Below the pieces are notes generated by a model that had not been told where the DNA came from, made no database searches, and saw only the letters and a program-made list of their open reading frames with translations. Shown piece after piece: positions 27,261 through 40,400 of a stretch of 64,000 nucleotides of DNA. The stretch is taken from contig JBEUKZ010000020.1 of the NCBI GenBank assembly GCA_048128005.1, forward strand, positions 1-64,000. Reading direction: 5' to 3'. This DNA is from Veleropilina oligotropha (taxonomy: Eukaryota). The translations under genes and the position numbers were made by a program. The stretch's first letter is position 1; each line of letters starts with the position of its first letter.

Positions 27261-28556
27261 ATGGCGAAATTCGAGAACCCCATGTTCGAGTCCGACACCA
27301 TCTACGATGAGGATGTGACAATGCCGGCACAATCCACAGACGGGTTTGTGCCTCTGGCGCCACAGGAAGGAACCAGCGATCTGCAGCAAGAGATAGTTCA
27401 GTCAGCGGTGGATGGCTACTACGAAGCCCTGTCGGAGGAGGGGCAGACCCCGCCCCCGGGGCCTGATTATGCCCAGTTCGAGTACGTGGATAAGCGATTG
27501 CGGCTGAAGGACTATCCAGACATCAATCTCATACATTCTATCACCAAGAAACCCATGGCGTTCGCAACAATAGCTAACCAGCGTCGTGGGGGTAAAGCGA
27601 TCAGAGAGGGGTTGGGATTCGTAGACTGGAAGCGGCCAGAGAGGCGGGGAGGGGGAGGGGGGGACAAAAGCTGCCCTCAAAAGCCGTCGCAGCTTTTCAG
27701 ACAGCCGACAATGAGTTGAGCGGTGCGGCGGCCAACGTAGACAACGTGGAACTGCGGACTTGGGGCACCGCTACAGATGCAGCATCTGCAATCCACACAA
27801 TGGATACGACCTTCACAGACGCCGAGGTGGACGATATCTTGAGCACGATGGGGGACCCCCCCTTAAATCTTCGTGAGCTTCGCGGGCTGGACAAGGCGAT
27901 GCAGACAATCAGGGGCGAGCTCACGAACAACTTGGCAAAGCTATCGGCGCTGGACGAACATATAGCCCTGGAGAAGAGGAAGCTCGATCAGGCAGATGAA
28001 GAGGGGGGTGTGGATGAGTTTGTTCGTCGACGGATCGCGGAACGTCTGCGCAACTTAAACGATGAACGAGCAGCCCACCTAGAGGCAGCCGGATCCAGCC
28101 GGGAAGCCCTTCGCTCTCAAATCAGCCGGATCCGAGAGATGATAAGTCAGATTATCGACTCAGACACAACGCTTGCCGAGCGCATCCGGACCCTGTTCCG
28201 TGAGCAAGGGGTCACGATAGTAACCATACTGACCGCGATTGGCATGGCCATCTCGCCTTTGGTACTAGCCCTAACAGGCGGAGCGCCGAGCATACCACAA
28301 CCACCACCACCTCCCAGTGGTCAGGGGGGGGGGGGTCAAGGAGTGGGTCAAAAAGCAGCTGCAGAACCTGGGTCGGATTCTGGGTAAAATAGCAGGGAAG
28401 GTGGCTGCGGCACTCCCAGGCATGATTGGCAGCCTACTTTCCTGGCTCATCAACCTGGTTGGCAAGGCTGCGTCATGGCTGGCCGAGAACCTGTGGGCTG
28501 TGATTATATCTGTGGGGGGCTTGCTTCTTATTGCCGCTAGACAGTGGGTCACGTAA
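27261..28556 (+). pseudogene. Coiled-coil membrane protein (copy 1), frameshifted in two G tracts
   Basis: Three ORF pieces (27261-27719, 27716-28387, 28317-28556) match 53289-54601. Confidence 0.7.
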
Positions 28557-29829
28557 GCCAAATGAACGCTAGGCCAACGACAATGCCGCCCACGATAAGT
28601 GCGGTCTTCTCCTCGTCATGTGCCACAGCTGCCCCCCCCGCCGCGGCCACAGCCGGCGAAGCATTTGGATGCTTCGGAGCATCTGCCCGTAAGACCTCGT
28701 CTTGTGGAATTACCAGTCCTGTTTCTCCAGTCTCCCCTCCGGCGTCGGGTGGAACACTGGCCGCGTTGACAGTCGTATTAAGACCTAGTGTCTGGTCTTC
28801 CGTGGCAACTACGATTTCGTTGTTATACCCTGCCACCTGCCCTATTCGCAGGAGCATGTCACTTGGCGCCATATACAGGCCTACGCCGAATAAGAAGTCC
28901 ACCTTGGACATGGCATACTGAAGCACCTCTTGGTACCGTTTGATGGCTGCCGGGAGGTCCACTGGCGATGCGATGGCATCTTCCACGTTTGCCAGGAACT
29001 GTTTCTGCGCATCAAATGCCGTCCCACTACCCAGAATACTTGCACGTGTCTGAGCCTGCGCTCCAAGAATAGCCCAGACGTAGGTCCTGATGGAATCGTT
29101 GAGCCTTTCCACGCCGGCCCGGGTAAACCCCGCCGAGGTGTCCAGAATAAACGAAGCCCATCCGTCTGTCAGCGCAGGCGCTTGCGCGATGTAGTCCACG
29201 TGCAGATTCGTGTTGGTGGTCCCTTTTGTGAATGACATACGACTGGGATCGTACTCACGTCCTATGGGGTGGTAGCTGTTGTTCGTCCAGTAGCTGAAAG
29301 CGGTGCCTAGTCCGCCGTTGGGACCCTTGACACGCCAGTCGGTATGTGGAGACACTCCAAACTCGCTGCAGATCTTCTCATATGCCCTTCGATCATATGG
29401 GGTGTCAAATGCATCCCACGTCCTGTCTTGTGGCATCGGCGCCTGAATTTCGGTCAGTACCCTTCTGACCTGATAGTAGACGTGGAAGGTGAATACGGCT
29501 CTGGAGAGGGGGTCGATTGCATTCAAGTGGTCTTCTGCAGAGATCCCGGAACCTGTTGTGGCACACCAGACTGCGAAGTTTACCTTGTTCTGCCAGAACC
29601 GCATCGGCGTGCTGTGCCAGTCCCGTATTAGCCGATCACTCGCGACGTGAGGGAGGCGGTATTTTTGAAAGACGTCGGGGTAGTCTGCCCCGAATGCAGA
29701 ATGGGGAGATTCAGATGAGGAGACAACGACGCGTGGTTTTGTAAGCTGCTCATCCTTTATCCGGGCTGGGTACACCACACCGGTCGAATAGGCCGCACTC
29801 CTATTGAAAGCAAAGGCGCTCTTAGCCAT
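28549..29829 (-). CDS. Uncharacterised viral protein with C-terminal TM anchor (copy 1)
   Basis: Intact ORF from MAKSAF, paralogous to 54594-55889; ends ALIVGGIVVGLAFIWLT. Confidence 0.75.
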   Translation of the reverse strand: MAKSAFAFNRSAAYSTGVVYPARIKDEQLTKPRVVVSSSESPHSAFGADYPDVFQKYRLPHVASDRLIRDWHSTPMRFWQNKVNFAVWCATTGSGISAEDHLNAIDPLSRAVFTFHVYYQVRRVLTEIQAPMPQDRTWDAFDTPYDRRAYEKICSEFGVSPHTDWRVKGPNGGLGTAFSYWTNNSYHPIGREYDPSRMSFTKGTTNTNLHVDYIAQAPALTDGWASFILDTSAGFTRAGVERLNDSIRTYVWAILGAQAQTRASILGSGTAFDAQKQFLANVEDAIASPVDLPAAIKRYQEVLQYAMSKVDFLFGVGLYMAPSDMLLRIGQVAGYNNEIVVATEDQTLGLNTTVNAASVPPDAGGETGETGLVIPQDEVLRADAPKHPNASPAVAAAGGAAVAHDEEKTALIVGGIVVGLAFIWLT

Positions 29830-29833
29830 AGCT

Positions 29834-30571
29834 ATGTTCCACACATTAACGAGTGTTCAAGAGGGGACCGCGGTTGCCCTCCTGCAACCGATAGATAACC
29901 GGGACGGCAAGCTATGCATCGGCCTGCGCTCGCTCGACTATTGGGTCGGTTGGCATAACGTACACGCAGGAGCCTTCTTCCAAACCCCCAATACCACGGT
30001 CGAGGTAGCACTGGGTTTCTACAGCTTCGATTCCCTTGCCAAGACAATGAAGAGGTCGCTAGTTAACATACAGCTGGATGTAAGCCATGTTACGGGACTC
30101 GCGCAACTCGTTGTCCCAGAGGGGACTCGCCTCGCGATAAGCAACGATATACGGAAGCTCCTCGTCTTAAACCTTTCTTCGTTTATTCTCGATAAATCGG
30201 GGAATCCGCACCCACCCATTCGAGGAGTACGGGGCCGACCTCCCCCTCCGGAGAGATCCGAGTGGCTACGCCCCGGGACGTATGATGGGAACAAGCCGGT
30301 AGGGTTTGCGATAGCGGCGACCCTACACGTCTATCTGGAGCAGCTCAGTACAACACACAACGTGAAGGATGGCGCCCCTAGCAATATTCTCGCGGTGGTC
30401 CCCATAATGTCGCAGATATTCGGCGAGGCTGCCCACTATCATAGGTATCCAGACTTCCGGCGACTGCAGGCCGGGTCACTCACAGAATTGAAGATGTGGG
30501 TCACAGACCCAGATGGTAACCCGCTCGACAATCACGGTATGCCTATTTCCGCAGTCCTCGAGATACAATGA
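29834..30571 (+). CDS. Putative minor capsid (penton) protein (copy 1)
   Basis: Paralogue of 55897-56637; C-terminal ILAVVP...ELKMWVTDPDGNPLDNHGMPISAVLEI pattern typical of Polinton-type pentons. Confidence 0.7.
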   Translation: MFHTLTSVQEGTAVALLQPIDNRDGKLCIGLRSLDYWVGWHNVHAGAFFQTPNTTVEVALGFYSFDSLAKTMKRSLVNIQLDVSHVTGLAQLVVPEGTRLAISNDIRKLLVLNLSSFILDKSGNPHPPIRGVRGRPPPPERSEWLRPGTYDGNKPVGFAIAATLHVYLEQLSTTHNVKDGAPSNILAVVPIMSQIFGEAAHYHRYPDFRRLQAGSLTELKMWVTDPDGNPLDNHGMPISAVLEIQ

Positions 30572-30940
30572 GCGCCAGCATCTATGGGACCCCCCCCACT
30601 CCCCCTCCCCCCCCTGCTTGCAGATGAGCCTTCCCCGACACGGTGGCACTTCGTTCTTAATTATGGGGAAGCGCCCAAGAAGGGGCTGGCGAGGAGGGAG
30701 TTCATGATCCCAAACACTGGAGGTCGGTTTGGGTTGAACCCATCCCTTCTAATGATCCACATGACGCCGATCCAGCCGGCCGGGGGGGCTCCCAAGGCAT
30801 GTTCCATAAATATGTTTGGCCTGGATTCGGACAAGTTGACCCTCGCCTCTGCCATCAAGGCTCCCTGGGTGGGCACCATGTATTTGAACGTAATGGTAGA
30901 CATGTGGAATCAACAGGCGGAACAGTACAGCCACGAATAA
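30568..30940 (+). pseudogene. Small viral ORF (copy 1), frameshift in C tract
   Basis: Homologous to 56634-56999; ATG overlaps the penton stop; frame break in the C run near 30590. Confidence 0.55.
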
Positions 30941-31572
30941 TGGACAGCAAGCCCTCAGCGCCAACGCTGTACCCACAACTTGGTGGCGATGTGCCTTCGG
31001 AACTGCCGGAGGCACAGTCTTTCCAACTACAGAAAGTGAATGAGCTCCAGGGGCAGTTCGAACAAGAGAGAGACACACGGGCTGCCCTGTACAAAAAGTA
31101 TCGAAGAGGCGTTAATGTCGTTGACGGGATCGACTCGGCCCTGGTCGTGGCCACCCTTGGTATGGGTAGCGCCGGCATCGGACTGTTGTCCACGATCGTT
31201 GCGGCCCCTATTGTCCTAGTGCTGGAACTAGCGGCGTTGGGGTGTGGGCTCGCTAGCATGGGTGGAAAATACATTAGCCGCCGCCTCCAAGTGAAGGCTA
31301 AGAAGCATAACGAGATTCGAGCACTGCCCGAAAGTAAGCTGAACACCATAAATGACCACGTGTCAAAGGCCCTAGCGGATGGGGAGATGTCTGACGACGA
31401 ATTCCAACTGGTCACAGGGGAGATGGCCAAATATCGGACGATGAAGGCCATGGTTCGCCTCAAAAGTCTAAAGGCGCATACCGCGGTTTCACAGACCCAG
31501 AGCGAGCTCATTGAGCGTGGTCGTAAAGAGGGACGCGCGGAGCTGCTGAAAAAAATCGGGGCTGGCGACTAA
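30940..31572 (+). CDS. Membrane/coiled-coil protein with PSAP and LYPxL motifs (copy 1), 210 aa
   Basis: MDSKPSAPTLYPQL start (TAATG overlap), central hydrophobic hairpin; paralogue of 56996-57628. Confidence 0.75.
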   Translation: MDSKPSAPTLYPQLGGDVPSELPEAQSFQLQKVNELQGQFEQERDTRAALYKKYRRGVNVVDGIDSALVVATLGMGSAGIGLLSTIVAAPIVLVLELAALGCGLASMGGKYISRRLQVKAKKHNEIRALPESKLNTINDHVSKALADGEMSDDEFQLVTGEMAKYRTMKAMVRLKSLKAHTAVSQTQSELIERGRKEGRAELLKKIGAGD

Positions 31573-31652
31573 CCATCCAGGTTGAGCGTGGGGTGGGGGA
31601 CCCCCCTCCCCCATATTAAAGCTTGAACTGGACAGTGATATCTGGACAAGCC

Positions 31653-32066
31653 ATGAAATCCATGAAATCCATGCTACTGTGTACTGCCGCGGTGTGCTTT
31701 GCTGCCTGGGGTACCACCCAGGCGTCGTCACGCGACGACGCATTAATCCTCGAACACACGTGGGCTAGGTATCGGAACCACCCCCTGTACAATATACGAC
31801 TTGACACCTTGCGAAGAAACTTGCTACGAGACCCCCCTGATGTATCCCCACCCTCGTGCCACTACTTTATTATCGGAGAGAATGACTGTGGCCCCGACCC
31901 AAATACTGTTGTATGCATTGAGTGCGCTGAGCCGTCACTATGTCGCGGTAAACATGGGCATTACTTCTCACTGTTATCCACCGGCTGCAGGGGTGCGTGG
32001 AGTCAAATCGGACATCTCTCGCCATGCAACTGTACGCTAGCCGGTGGGAATTACATATTTATCTAA
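31653..32066 (+). CDS. Secreted cysteine-rich protein (copy 1)
   Basis: Signal-peptide-like MKSMKSMLLCTAAVCFAAWGTTQA; 8 Cys in the C-terminal domain; paralogue of 57711-58142. Confidence 0.7.
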   Translation: MKSMKSMLLCTAAVCFAAWGTTQASSRDDALILEHTWARYRNHPLYNIRLDTLRRNLLRDPPDVSPPSCHYFIIGENDCGPDPNTVVCIECAEPSLCRGKHGHYFSLLSTGCRGAWSQIGHLSPCNCTLAGGNYIFI

Positions 32067-32157
32067 CTGCTGCTCGGGGATTCCCTGCCTTAAAACATAT
32101 TTTCCGGTTTCCCCAGCGTCTATTCATAGAAAAGTCCAATCACCCCCCCTGCTGCTG

Positions 32158-32750
32158 CCACCCTCGACCCTCTCTCGAGGCCTCTCTCGGCCCCGGGGCC
32201 ACCCCCTTCTCGACCCTCTCTCGGCCACCCGCACCCTCTCTCGGCCCCGGGGCCACCCCCCTCTCGACCCTCTCTCGGCCCCGAGCCCACCCCCCTCTCG
32301 ACCCCGGGGCGCCCCGGGGCCACCCCCCTCTCTCGGCACCTGGACCACCCCCCTCTCGACCCTCTCTCGGGCCCGGGGCCACCCCCCTCTCGACCCTCTC
32401 TCGGCCCCGGGCCCACCCCCCTCTCCGGCCCCGGGACCCCCCCTCTCGACCCTCTCTCGGCCCCGGGGCCACCCCCCTCTCGACCCGGGGCCTCTCTCGG
32501 CCACCCTCCTCTCGACCCTCTCTCGGCCCCGGGACCTCTCTCGGCCACCCTCCTCTCGACCCTCTCTTGGCCCCGACCCCTAGTATTTCAGCCGTAGCCT
32601 GGTGTGCAACCTCTTCATGACCCTCTCTCGGCCACCCTCTTCACGACCCTCTTGAAGCCCCCTTGTATTTCAGCCGTAGCCTGGGGTGTCTTCACGACCC
32701 TCTCTCGGCCTATGGTGGCGCCACCATCTTCACGACCCTCTCTCAGCATT
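32158..32750. repeat. C-rich/G-rich minisatellite (~34-bp unit ccctctctcggccccggggccacccccctctcga)
   Basis: Visible tandem array directly after a cacccccccctgctgct terminal motif; absent from the full-length copy. Confidence 0.85.
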
Positions 32751-33616
32751 TTCTGCCACGCAGCCTTCCTCCTCATAATTCGAAATGCAACACACGAAAG
32801 CATTCTGAGGAGGTCGTTGTGGCATATGCATAGAGGGCCAGATCTTATAAATACTAAAGCCGGACAGTTCTTATATAGTCAGGTACCCATGTCGGGCTTA
32901 GAGGGAGGTGTCTCGTCAGTTATGTTGTGGATATTAAATCACGACAACTTTTAACATAGAATACGTTGATTAAAATGAAACCTACGCCACTATCCACACA
33001 TTGTGGAGCCGACTAAATCCCGGATCTTAGTCCGGCCAACCGTCCAAGTCAACTTTCCCTGATTATAATGTTGCCATAACCAAGTCAACGCTCCCTTTGA
33101 TCTATTCACTGGGCAATGTATTTCAATCGGGGGAATCCCAGTTAGTCACTCCACAAACAATAGAGTTTTATTTACATCCTGGTCGTTCTGGAGAAGCTTT
33201 ATACAATTTCTCGTCAACCAGGATGTAAATAAAACTAACTAGGTCAGCTCAGTGGCTATTAATGAATAGACGCGACTGATTAAACAATACCATCGATAGA
33301 CTATTATAAGCTCTGCGCTGAGAGCCCCGGGCTGTCCCTGGGGCTGTATATAGTTAACGTTGTGTCGGAACAGGTGCTGGGAGCCTTATTTTTCCATTCT
33401 AAAAAGTGCATTCACCCCCCCTGCTCTGTACACACGGTGACTTTTGTAATACAAGCCCTACCCTGGGTTCTGAAATAGGGCTGGGAGCCTCCCCGGCGGC
33501 CGTGGGCCCCTAGTCTAAACTGCCCTAGGGGCTCGTACTACACCACCTCAGTTCTGAACAGGTGCTGGGATCCTTATTTTCCCATTCTAAAAAGTCTATT
33601 CACCCCCCCTGCTGCT

Positions 33617-36600
33617 ATATGCAACAGGTGCTACCTAGTGACGAGCACGCAGATTATGTATATATAATAATATATACGTTTATGAAATATAGCAATGAAA
33701 TGTCTTTATTGATTAAGCTTACAAATCTTCGCAAATAAATAAAGAACAATTATGCGTGAAATCAACCGTGGCAAAGAATGACGAGCTAATCTCTCATTGG
33801 TTGAATATTGCGTGACCTGTGATAATCAAAGTCCCAACCTTTCGAGGTTCGACAAATTCCGCATCAAAACGTGTGATGTCATGTTGATTAAATCGATCGT
33901 GGCAAGATTGGATGTCAATCCAAAATGGCGCCGCCCATAGTGACAGTTTTTGATGCGGTGCGCATAACCGGGAGAGGATAATTGTAACATCGATTTTTAA
34001 TTCATAGTATGTTGTGGAGTTATCTGCCCTTTGAATCCGTTCTTCTGTGTCTCTCGCATAGGTTAGTATGAAAGCTCGCATTGCGTGCTCGCTAATATGT
34101 TGTAGGTGCTACCTAGAAACGAGCACTCAGATATAACATACAGTAATACTGTATATATCATATATGTACATATAATTATTAAAACTAATTACAAAACCAC
34201 TATTTAATAGAATGCCTTAATTAATTCCTTCTTCAATATTATCCAACTATTTCATTGACATAATTATATTGGCTGAACTTTGACCGTTCCGTATCCTGGC
34301 CCAAGTTTGATTCGATCGGTACATTCCGCTATGCTCCGAATCATTCTGAACGTTTCCAAGACGACATTCGACTGAATATGAAATCTAGCGCGATGACGTC
34401 ACATAACGCTAACCCAATAAATGAATATTTAAACTTCAAGAATTTATTACTTATGACATAAGCATGTTTAATGTGCAAGGTCTTCGCGCTTGACAAATAA
34501 ATAAAAATTTAAATATTCAATAACATATTACCCATAAACTAAAAAGACCATGTTTTGGCCAAATCAATCTCAGAATGCCTGAATTTCGGGTTTCCGTTTG
34601 GTTATATAGTAAGTACGGTAAGCCTATTCGATTTTGTTGAGAATTCATTATTTTCGATACACATGTCAGCCTATAGAGCTCGTTATTAATGTTTTGCATA
34701 TGTTGAGTCTAGCATATTATTAAATAGATTAAATAGAATTTGTTTGGGTTTAGAAAGCACATTACTGTAACTCCTATAAAAACCCATTGAAGTTGTCTTG
34801 TCCTCTATAACCTGCCCTGCTTCTTAAAATACTCATCTAGGCCATTTTTAAATTGGTTTAATGAATCGTTATTGGTAAATCTTGAATTGATGCCCCCTGG
34901 TATGTCTTTGGTTCATCTGAAAAAAGAAACTATTGTCAACGTTGTATTTTCCTGTAAACATTTTAAACACCTGAATCATGTCGCCCCTTTTCCTTCTCAA
35001 AGATAATGTTGTGAGGTTCAGTGCTCTTAGTCTGTCCTCATATGGCAATTCCTTTAATTCTCCTATCAATTTTATGGCTCTTCTTTGAACTTGTTCTAGA
35101 ATATTGATATCCTTTGCAAGATATGGACACCATGCTTGCACTGCATATTATAAATGCGGTCTAACCATTTGCTTGTATCGGCGAGTTATGATGGCTTAGA
35201 TTTAAAATTTCTCTTCATCATTCCCAATATTTGATTTCCCTTTTTGGCCGACTCTGCACATTGATTTGGTTTGAATGTCTTGTCTGCCCATACACCCAAA
35301 TCTTTTTCTTTTGCCACTTGTAAAGTTTCTAAACCCATTTCATAATTATAGGTATTGTTGTTATAACCCACATGCATTACTTTACATTTACTGACCAGTG
35401 TTGAAAAGCATTTGCCAATCCTCAGACCATTTTACCACATTATTTCAGTCACTTTGAAGTTTCTTTGCATCTTCTTCAGTTTCGATAATTCTGTACAATT
35501 TGGTATCATCTGCAAACTTTTTTACTAGAGATGTAATGACGTCATCAATATCATTTAAATATATGAGAAACAACAATGGTCCCAAAACAGAACCTTGTGG
35601 AACTTCACTTGGTACCACGATGGAAAGTGAGGTAAACCTCCATCTCCATTTCTCTGAGCATAATGTATCATCTTCATGTAATATGCAACAGGTGCTACCT
35701 AGTGACGAGCACACAGATTATGTATAGATATATACGCCCATGAAATATAGCAATGAAATGTCTTTATTGATTACGCTTATAAATCTTCGCAAATAAAGAA
35801 CAATTATCCGCGAAATCAACCGTGACAAAGAATGACCAGCTAATCTCTCATTGGTTGAATATTGCGTGACCTGTGATAAAGCCAAGACCCGACCTTTCGA
35901 GGTACGGCAAAGTCCGCTTCAAAATGCGCGATGTCATGTTGATTAAATCGATCGTGGCAAGATTGGATGTCAGTCCAAAATGGTTCCACCCATAGTGACA
36001 GATTTTGATGCGGTGCGCATAACCGGGACGGGATAATTGTAACATCGATTTTTAATTCATAGTATGTTGTGGAGTTATCTGCCCTTTGAATCTGTTCTGT
36101 GTCTCTCGTATAGGTTATAGTGTGAAAGCTCGCATTGCGTGCTCGCTAATATGCTACAGGTGCTACCTAGTGACGAGCACGCAGATTTACACTGGGGGCG
36201 AATTATCGTGATACCGCCGACTCGGGCATGCGCATAGCCGACCTTAAGCGATTCGGCAAAGTCCGCTTCAAAATGCGTGTATAAACTAAGTATATATTTA
36301 AAACGAAATTTGAAAATAATATGTTGTAGGTAGCACCTATAGATACGAACGCAAAATAGATATTATACACAAAGAAAAATTATGAAATCCGTACCTGCGA
36401 TGTCTTCTTAATTTTGGAAACGCGTCTTTTATTCATAACATCTAGTGTAAGCTGACACACATATTCCATGACGTCACACATTGTTGCTAAACTACGCATA
36501 TTCTCTGACATCACAGATAGTTCAAAACTTTGGCAAACGATATGCATAGACGATAGTAATGGGTTTATGATGAACGCAGAACATACATATTACAATAACT

Positions 36601-36900
36601 TAATTAGCTACAATAGGTATTTATCTAATGGAAAATAATAAGAAACGGGGGACGGGATCCCTACGAGATTAGCGAGTTGCGTATTACCGGAAGAGAGGAA
36701 TAATTCTGTTTCGTGTTCGTAACATCGATTTTTAATTCATAGTATGTTGTGGAGTTATCTGCCCTTTGAATCCGTTCTTCTGCCTTTCTCTTATACATGT
36801 TAGTGTAAGCTCGCACTGCGTGCTCGTTATTATTAGACGCCGGCTATTAATAGAGACCGGCTAATATGTTGTAGGTGCTACCTAGAAACGAGCACTCAGA
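33617..36900. repeat. Cluster of a ~500-bp dispersed repeat with hairpin ends (copies ~33617-34131, 35681-36187, partial 36700-36900)
   Basis: Shared aggtgctacctag(tg/aa)acgagcac hairpin and near-identical bodies; may be Helitron/Helentron-derived non-autonomous elements. Confidence 0.6.
34721..35610 (-). pseudogene. Degraded CR1-like LINE 3' fragment
   Basis: [21 protein letters not shown] and QAWCPYL pieces in broken frames; same 3' UTR as 12485-12570. Confidence 0.85.
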
Positions 36901-37451
36901 CATGGCATATATATGTAAATATAATTATTAAAACTAATTACAAAGTTTAAAACTAATATTTAATTTTATTAACACAAACATATTATTAATTCTTGCAACT
37001 AGTTTATTGACATACTTGTATTTGACTCGAATGCCGTAGTTGTATCGATCGGTAAACTCCGCTCCGCGAATTTACCGAATCATTATCTCGTTGCCAAGAT
37101 GACACGACGAAGTCGATCAGCACAATGACGTCACAGCATACCCCACAGCTGGTTTAACAAATACATGTACCCACTTATATTATAAAATAAAATATTCACG
37201 CTGAAATTAAGGTTAGGATTCGTTTGGATTGGTTTAAATCTATGCTTAATGTCCCATTTTAACAACCTTGGGTCAATCAGGAGAAAACCCGGCCAGTTAT
37301 GGAAAACTGTGCCTGTTCATTTAATCAAGTGCCCAGGTGAGGATTGAAGCCACTCAGGTTAATCGGAGAATGTTAGGTTAGCTCAGCCACAACTGACTGG
37401 TTTCTTGACTTACATCCACAACCAAAGGAATAGATTCTGCCTTCGATCGAT

Positions 37452-40400
37452 TTATTGAAATTCATCAGGTTTAATTGGGTCGCTCTCCAATTGCACATCA
37501 TTTTTCGACATTTCAGATTCTAGGCAAACTAATTCCTCTTCAGGTTTATTGTCAAGCATGTTTTCAGATAATACAGAACTCGAGTCGGGTTCTACCGGCA
37601 CAATGTCCGAAGTATGTTCACCAGACATGCCCGAAGAGGATGATTTATTAGCAGGCTCTGCTATTTCATCAACTTCATTTTCATCGACCGACTCTGTTTG
37701 TACCAATCCAAGAGGGATACTTTGTGAATCTGATGTTGAGTCGTTTTGTGAATCTGATGTTGGGGTGCTCGGTGAATCTGCTGTTGACACAATATTACAT
37801 TCTGTTTCATCTTGTGTGGGAATGCTACTATCGGAGTCATCTCCCCTTCTTTCTGGGCCATGCATTCGATCTGATGAATCGCTACAACAGGAGCAATCAG
37901 TAGAGGTTGAGGTGCTATTAGTTTCTTTTCCTCCTTGTGTAGGAACAGCACTGCTTGCGGCATCTTCCAGTGTTTCAGGTACACGACTAGGAGAGGAGTC
38001 GCGCATTTGATCAATAAAAGGCGAGTGATCAAAAGAGACCACATGTACATCTGATGTTGAGAGATTATTACAGTTTTCTTCATCTAATTCCAGTGTATCA
38101 GGTATACGACTAGGAGAAGGATCATGCATGTGATCTGGCACAGCGATACAAGACAAGGGCTCACATTGTTTTTTCCACCCACATCTGTAATCGACCCAAT
38201 TTGCGTTTTTTCCACAGGTTTAACATTATTCAAGTTATCAGTGTCTTTATCCTTGGCTATGGCCTCGTCGACATTGCCCGATGCATTATAATTCACTGCA
38301 TCGGCTTTCACTTTCGCTTTTAAAGCCTTTTCCTTCTGGCGTTGCTGACATATGGCCAGGAGAGCCTTGATATTAGACACGTGCTGTTCATTGGTTGCCG
38401 CGGTGACGACGTCCTCACCCCCAACTGCTGTCCGTTTATTGACGTGTAGAGTAGCGTTAAAATTACCCTTAGGCGTGTGTGTTGATATGCTCGAGTTGAT
38501 TGGCACATCAATTTTAGCTGCAGACCTGGGTACGAATTTCGTGGGACTAGATTTGACGTCGAGGCTCGCTAGTTCGCAGTGCATGTTGTATGCATTGTAC
38601 AGGGTGTCGCCGAGTTCCTTGGTTTTAGCTCTGTCCGCTGCTAGCTCGCAGTGCATGTTGTATGCATTGTACAGCGTGTCGCAGAGTTCCTTGGTTTTAG
38701 CTCTGTCCGCTGCTAGCTCGCAGTGCATGTTGTATGCATTGTACAGGGTGTCGCAGAGTTCCTTGGTTTTAGCTCTGTCCGCTGCTAGCTCGCAGTGCAT
38801 GTTGTATGCATTGTACAGCGTGTCGCCGAGTTCCTTGGTTTTAGCTCTGTCCGCTGCTAGCTCGCAGTGCATGTTGTATGCATTGTACAGGGTGTCGCCG
38901 AGTTCCTTGGTTTTAGCTCTGTCCGCTGCTAGCTCGCAGTGCATGTTGTATGCATTGTACAGCGTGTCGCCGAGTTCCTTGGTTTTAGCTCTGTCCGCTG
39001 CTAGCTCCCAGTGCATGTTGTATGCATTGTACAGCGTGTCGCCGAGTTCCTTGGTTTTAGCTCTGTCCACTGCTAGCTCGCCGTGCATGTTGTATGCATT
39101 GTACAGGGTGTCGCCGAGTTCCTTGGTTTTAGCTCTGTCCGCTGCTAGCTCGCAGTGCATGTTGTATGCATTGTACAGGGTGTCGCCGAGTTCCTTGGTT
39201 TTAGCTCTGTCCGCTGCTAGCTCGCCTCTCTGAAAGGAAGTCAAAGTGAGGCAATATATTTACATTGGTTTAAATCGATGCTTATTATCCTGTTTTAACA
39301 ATATTCAGATTCCTATCAGGGCATGTCCATATGATTCCTGAAGGAAATTCCGGTCGCCCTGGGAAATTCGCCATCACAGCTTAGTTAGGGACATCTTCCA
39401 CTATTAACTGAACAAAGTGTAGAGGATTCAAGTGATTGAGAGCCTACGATAGATGCACTAGACAACCGGTGTGACCATATTTTAAATTGATAAAAAAATC
39501 ATACTTTGAAGATATGAATTTCATATTCCCCACCACAGACAATTGATAATATTTTGCAAAATTTGGACACCCGTTTGGAAAATCCTAGATCGGCTCCTGA
39601 ACGTGACTAATAAATTTCCAGTTTCGTCAATCAATAGATGAACCTACGCCTTATGATTTGCATACGACATGTTATATGCATATCACTCGTTTCAAGGGCA
39701 ACCTTTCTTCATAAATGTGTGATATATTAATAAGCCATGTCTTTCAACCCATGTGATATCAGCTGATACGTGTAACTTCCCGTCTGTATACTTACAAGTC
39801 CTCGTAGCGTAGGGTCGGCCCCAGCCTCCAGCAGCATGCATACTACCCCATCATTAGCGTGCCTGTCTGTATACTTACAAGTCCTCGTAGGGTCGGCCCC
39901 TGCCTCGAGCAACATGTACACGACCTCCTCATTATCGCGCCTGTCTGTATACTTACATGTCCTCGTAGGGTCGGCCCCAGCATCCAGCAGCATGTATACT
40001 ACCCCATCATTATCGCGCCTGTCTGTATACTTACAGGTCCTTGTAGCGTAGGGTCGGCCCCTGCCTCCAGGAGCATGTATACTACCCCATCATTATCACG
40101 CCTGTCTGTATACTTACAAGTCCTCGTAGCGTAGGGTCGGCCCCTGCCTCGAGCAACATGTACACGACCTCCTCATTATCGCGATCGGCAGCCCAATGCA
40201 ACGCAGTCCACAGGTTCTGAAACAACAGGCCACAAATCAAACTATGAGCCAACTTTTCATTTGGATACAAGCTATCACACAAATTGACCGTATCGGTGGC
40301 ACATTGACAAGAGGACAACACTAAGTCCACATGCGCATACTGTGTTGAATTCAACACCTTCTCAATGGCAGTTGATCATTTCTTCCTGGATATTGAGAGC

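Larger units (their letters stand above)
26597..33616. mobile_element. Left-truncated second copy of the Polinton-like endogenous virus (structural/right arm)
   Basis: Colinear and homologous to ~52617-58969; ends in ccattctaaaaag...cacccccccctgctgct, matching the inner TIR repeat; lacks replicase, integrase and ATPase. Confidence 0.9.

Noticed and set aside
31997..32620. Pro/Gly/Arg-rich ORFs in five frames
   Set aside because: Translation of the GC-rich minisatellite; absent from the full-length viral copy.
38352..39233. 293-aa plus-strand repeat ORF
   Set aside because: Antisense shadow of the 72-bp coding repeat; the splice acceptor and ankyrin context support the minus strand.
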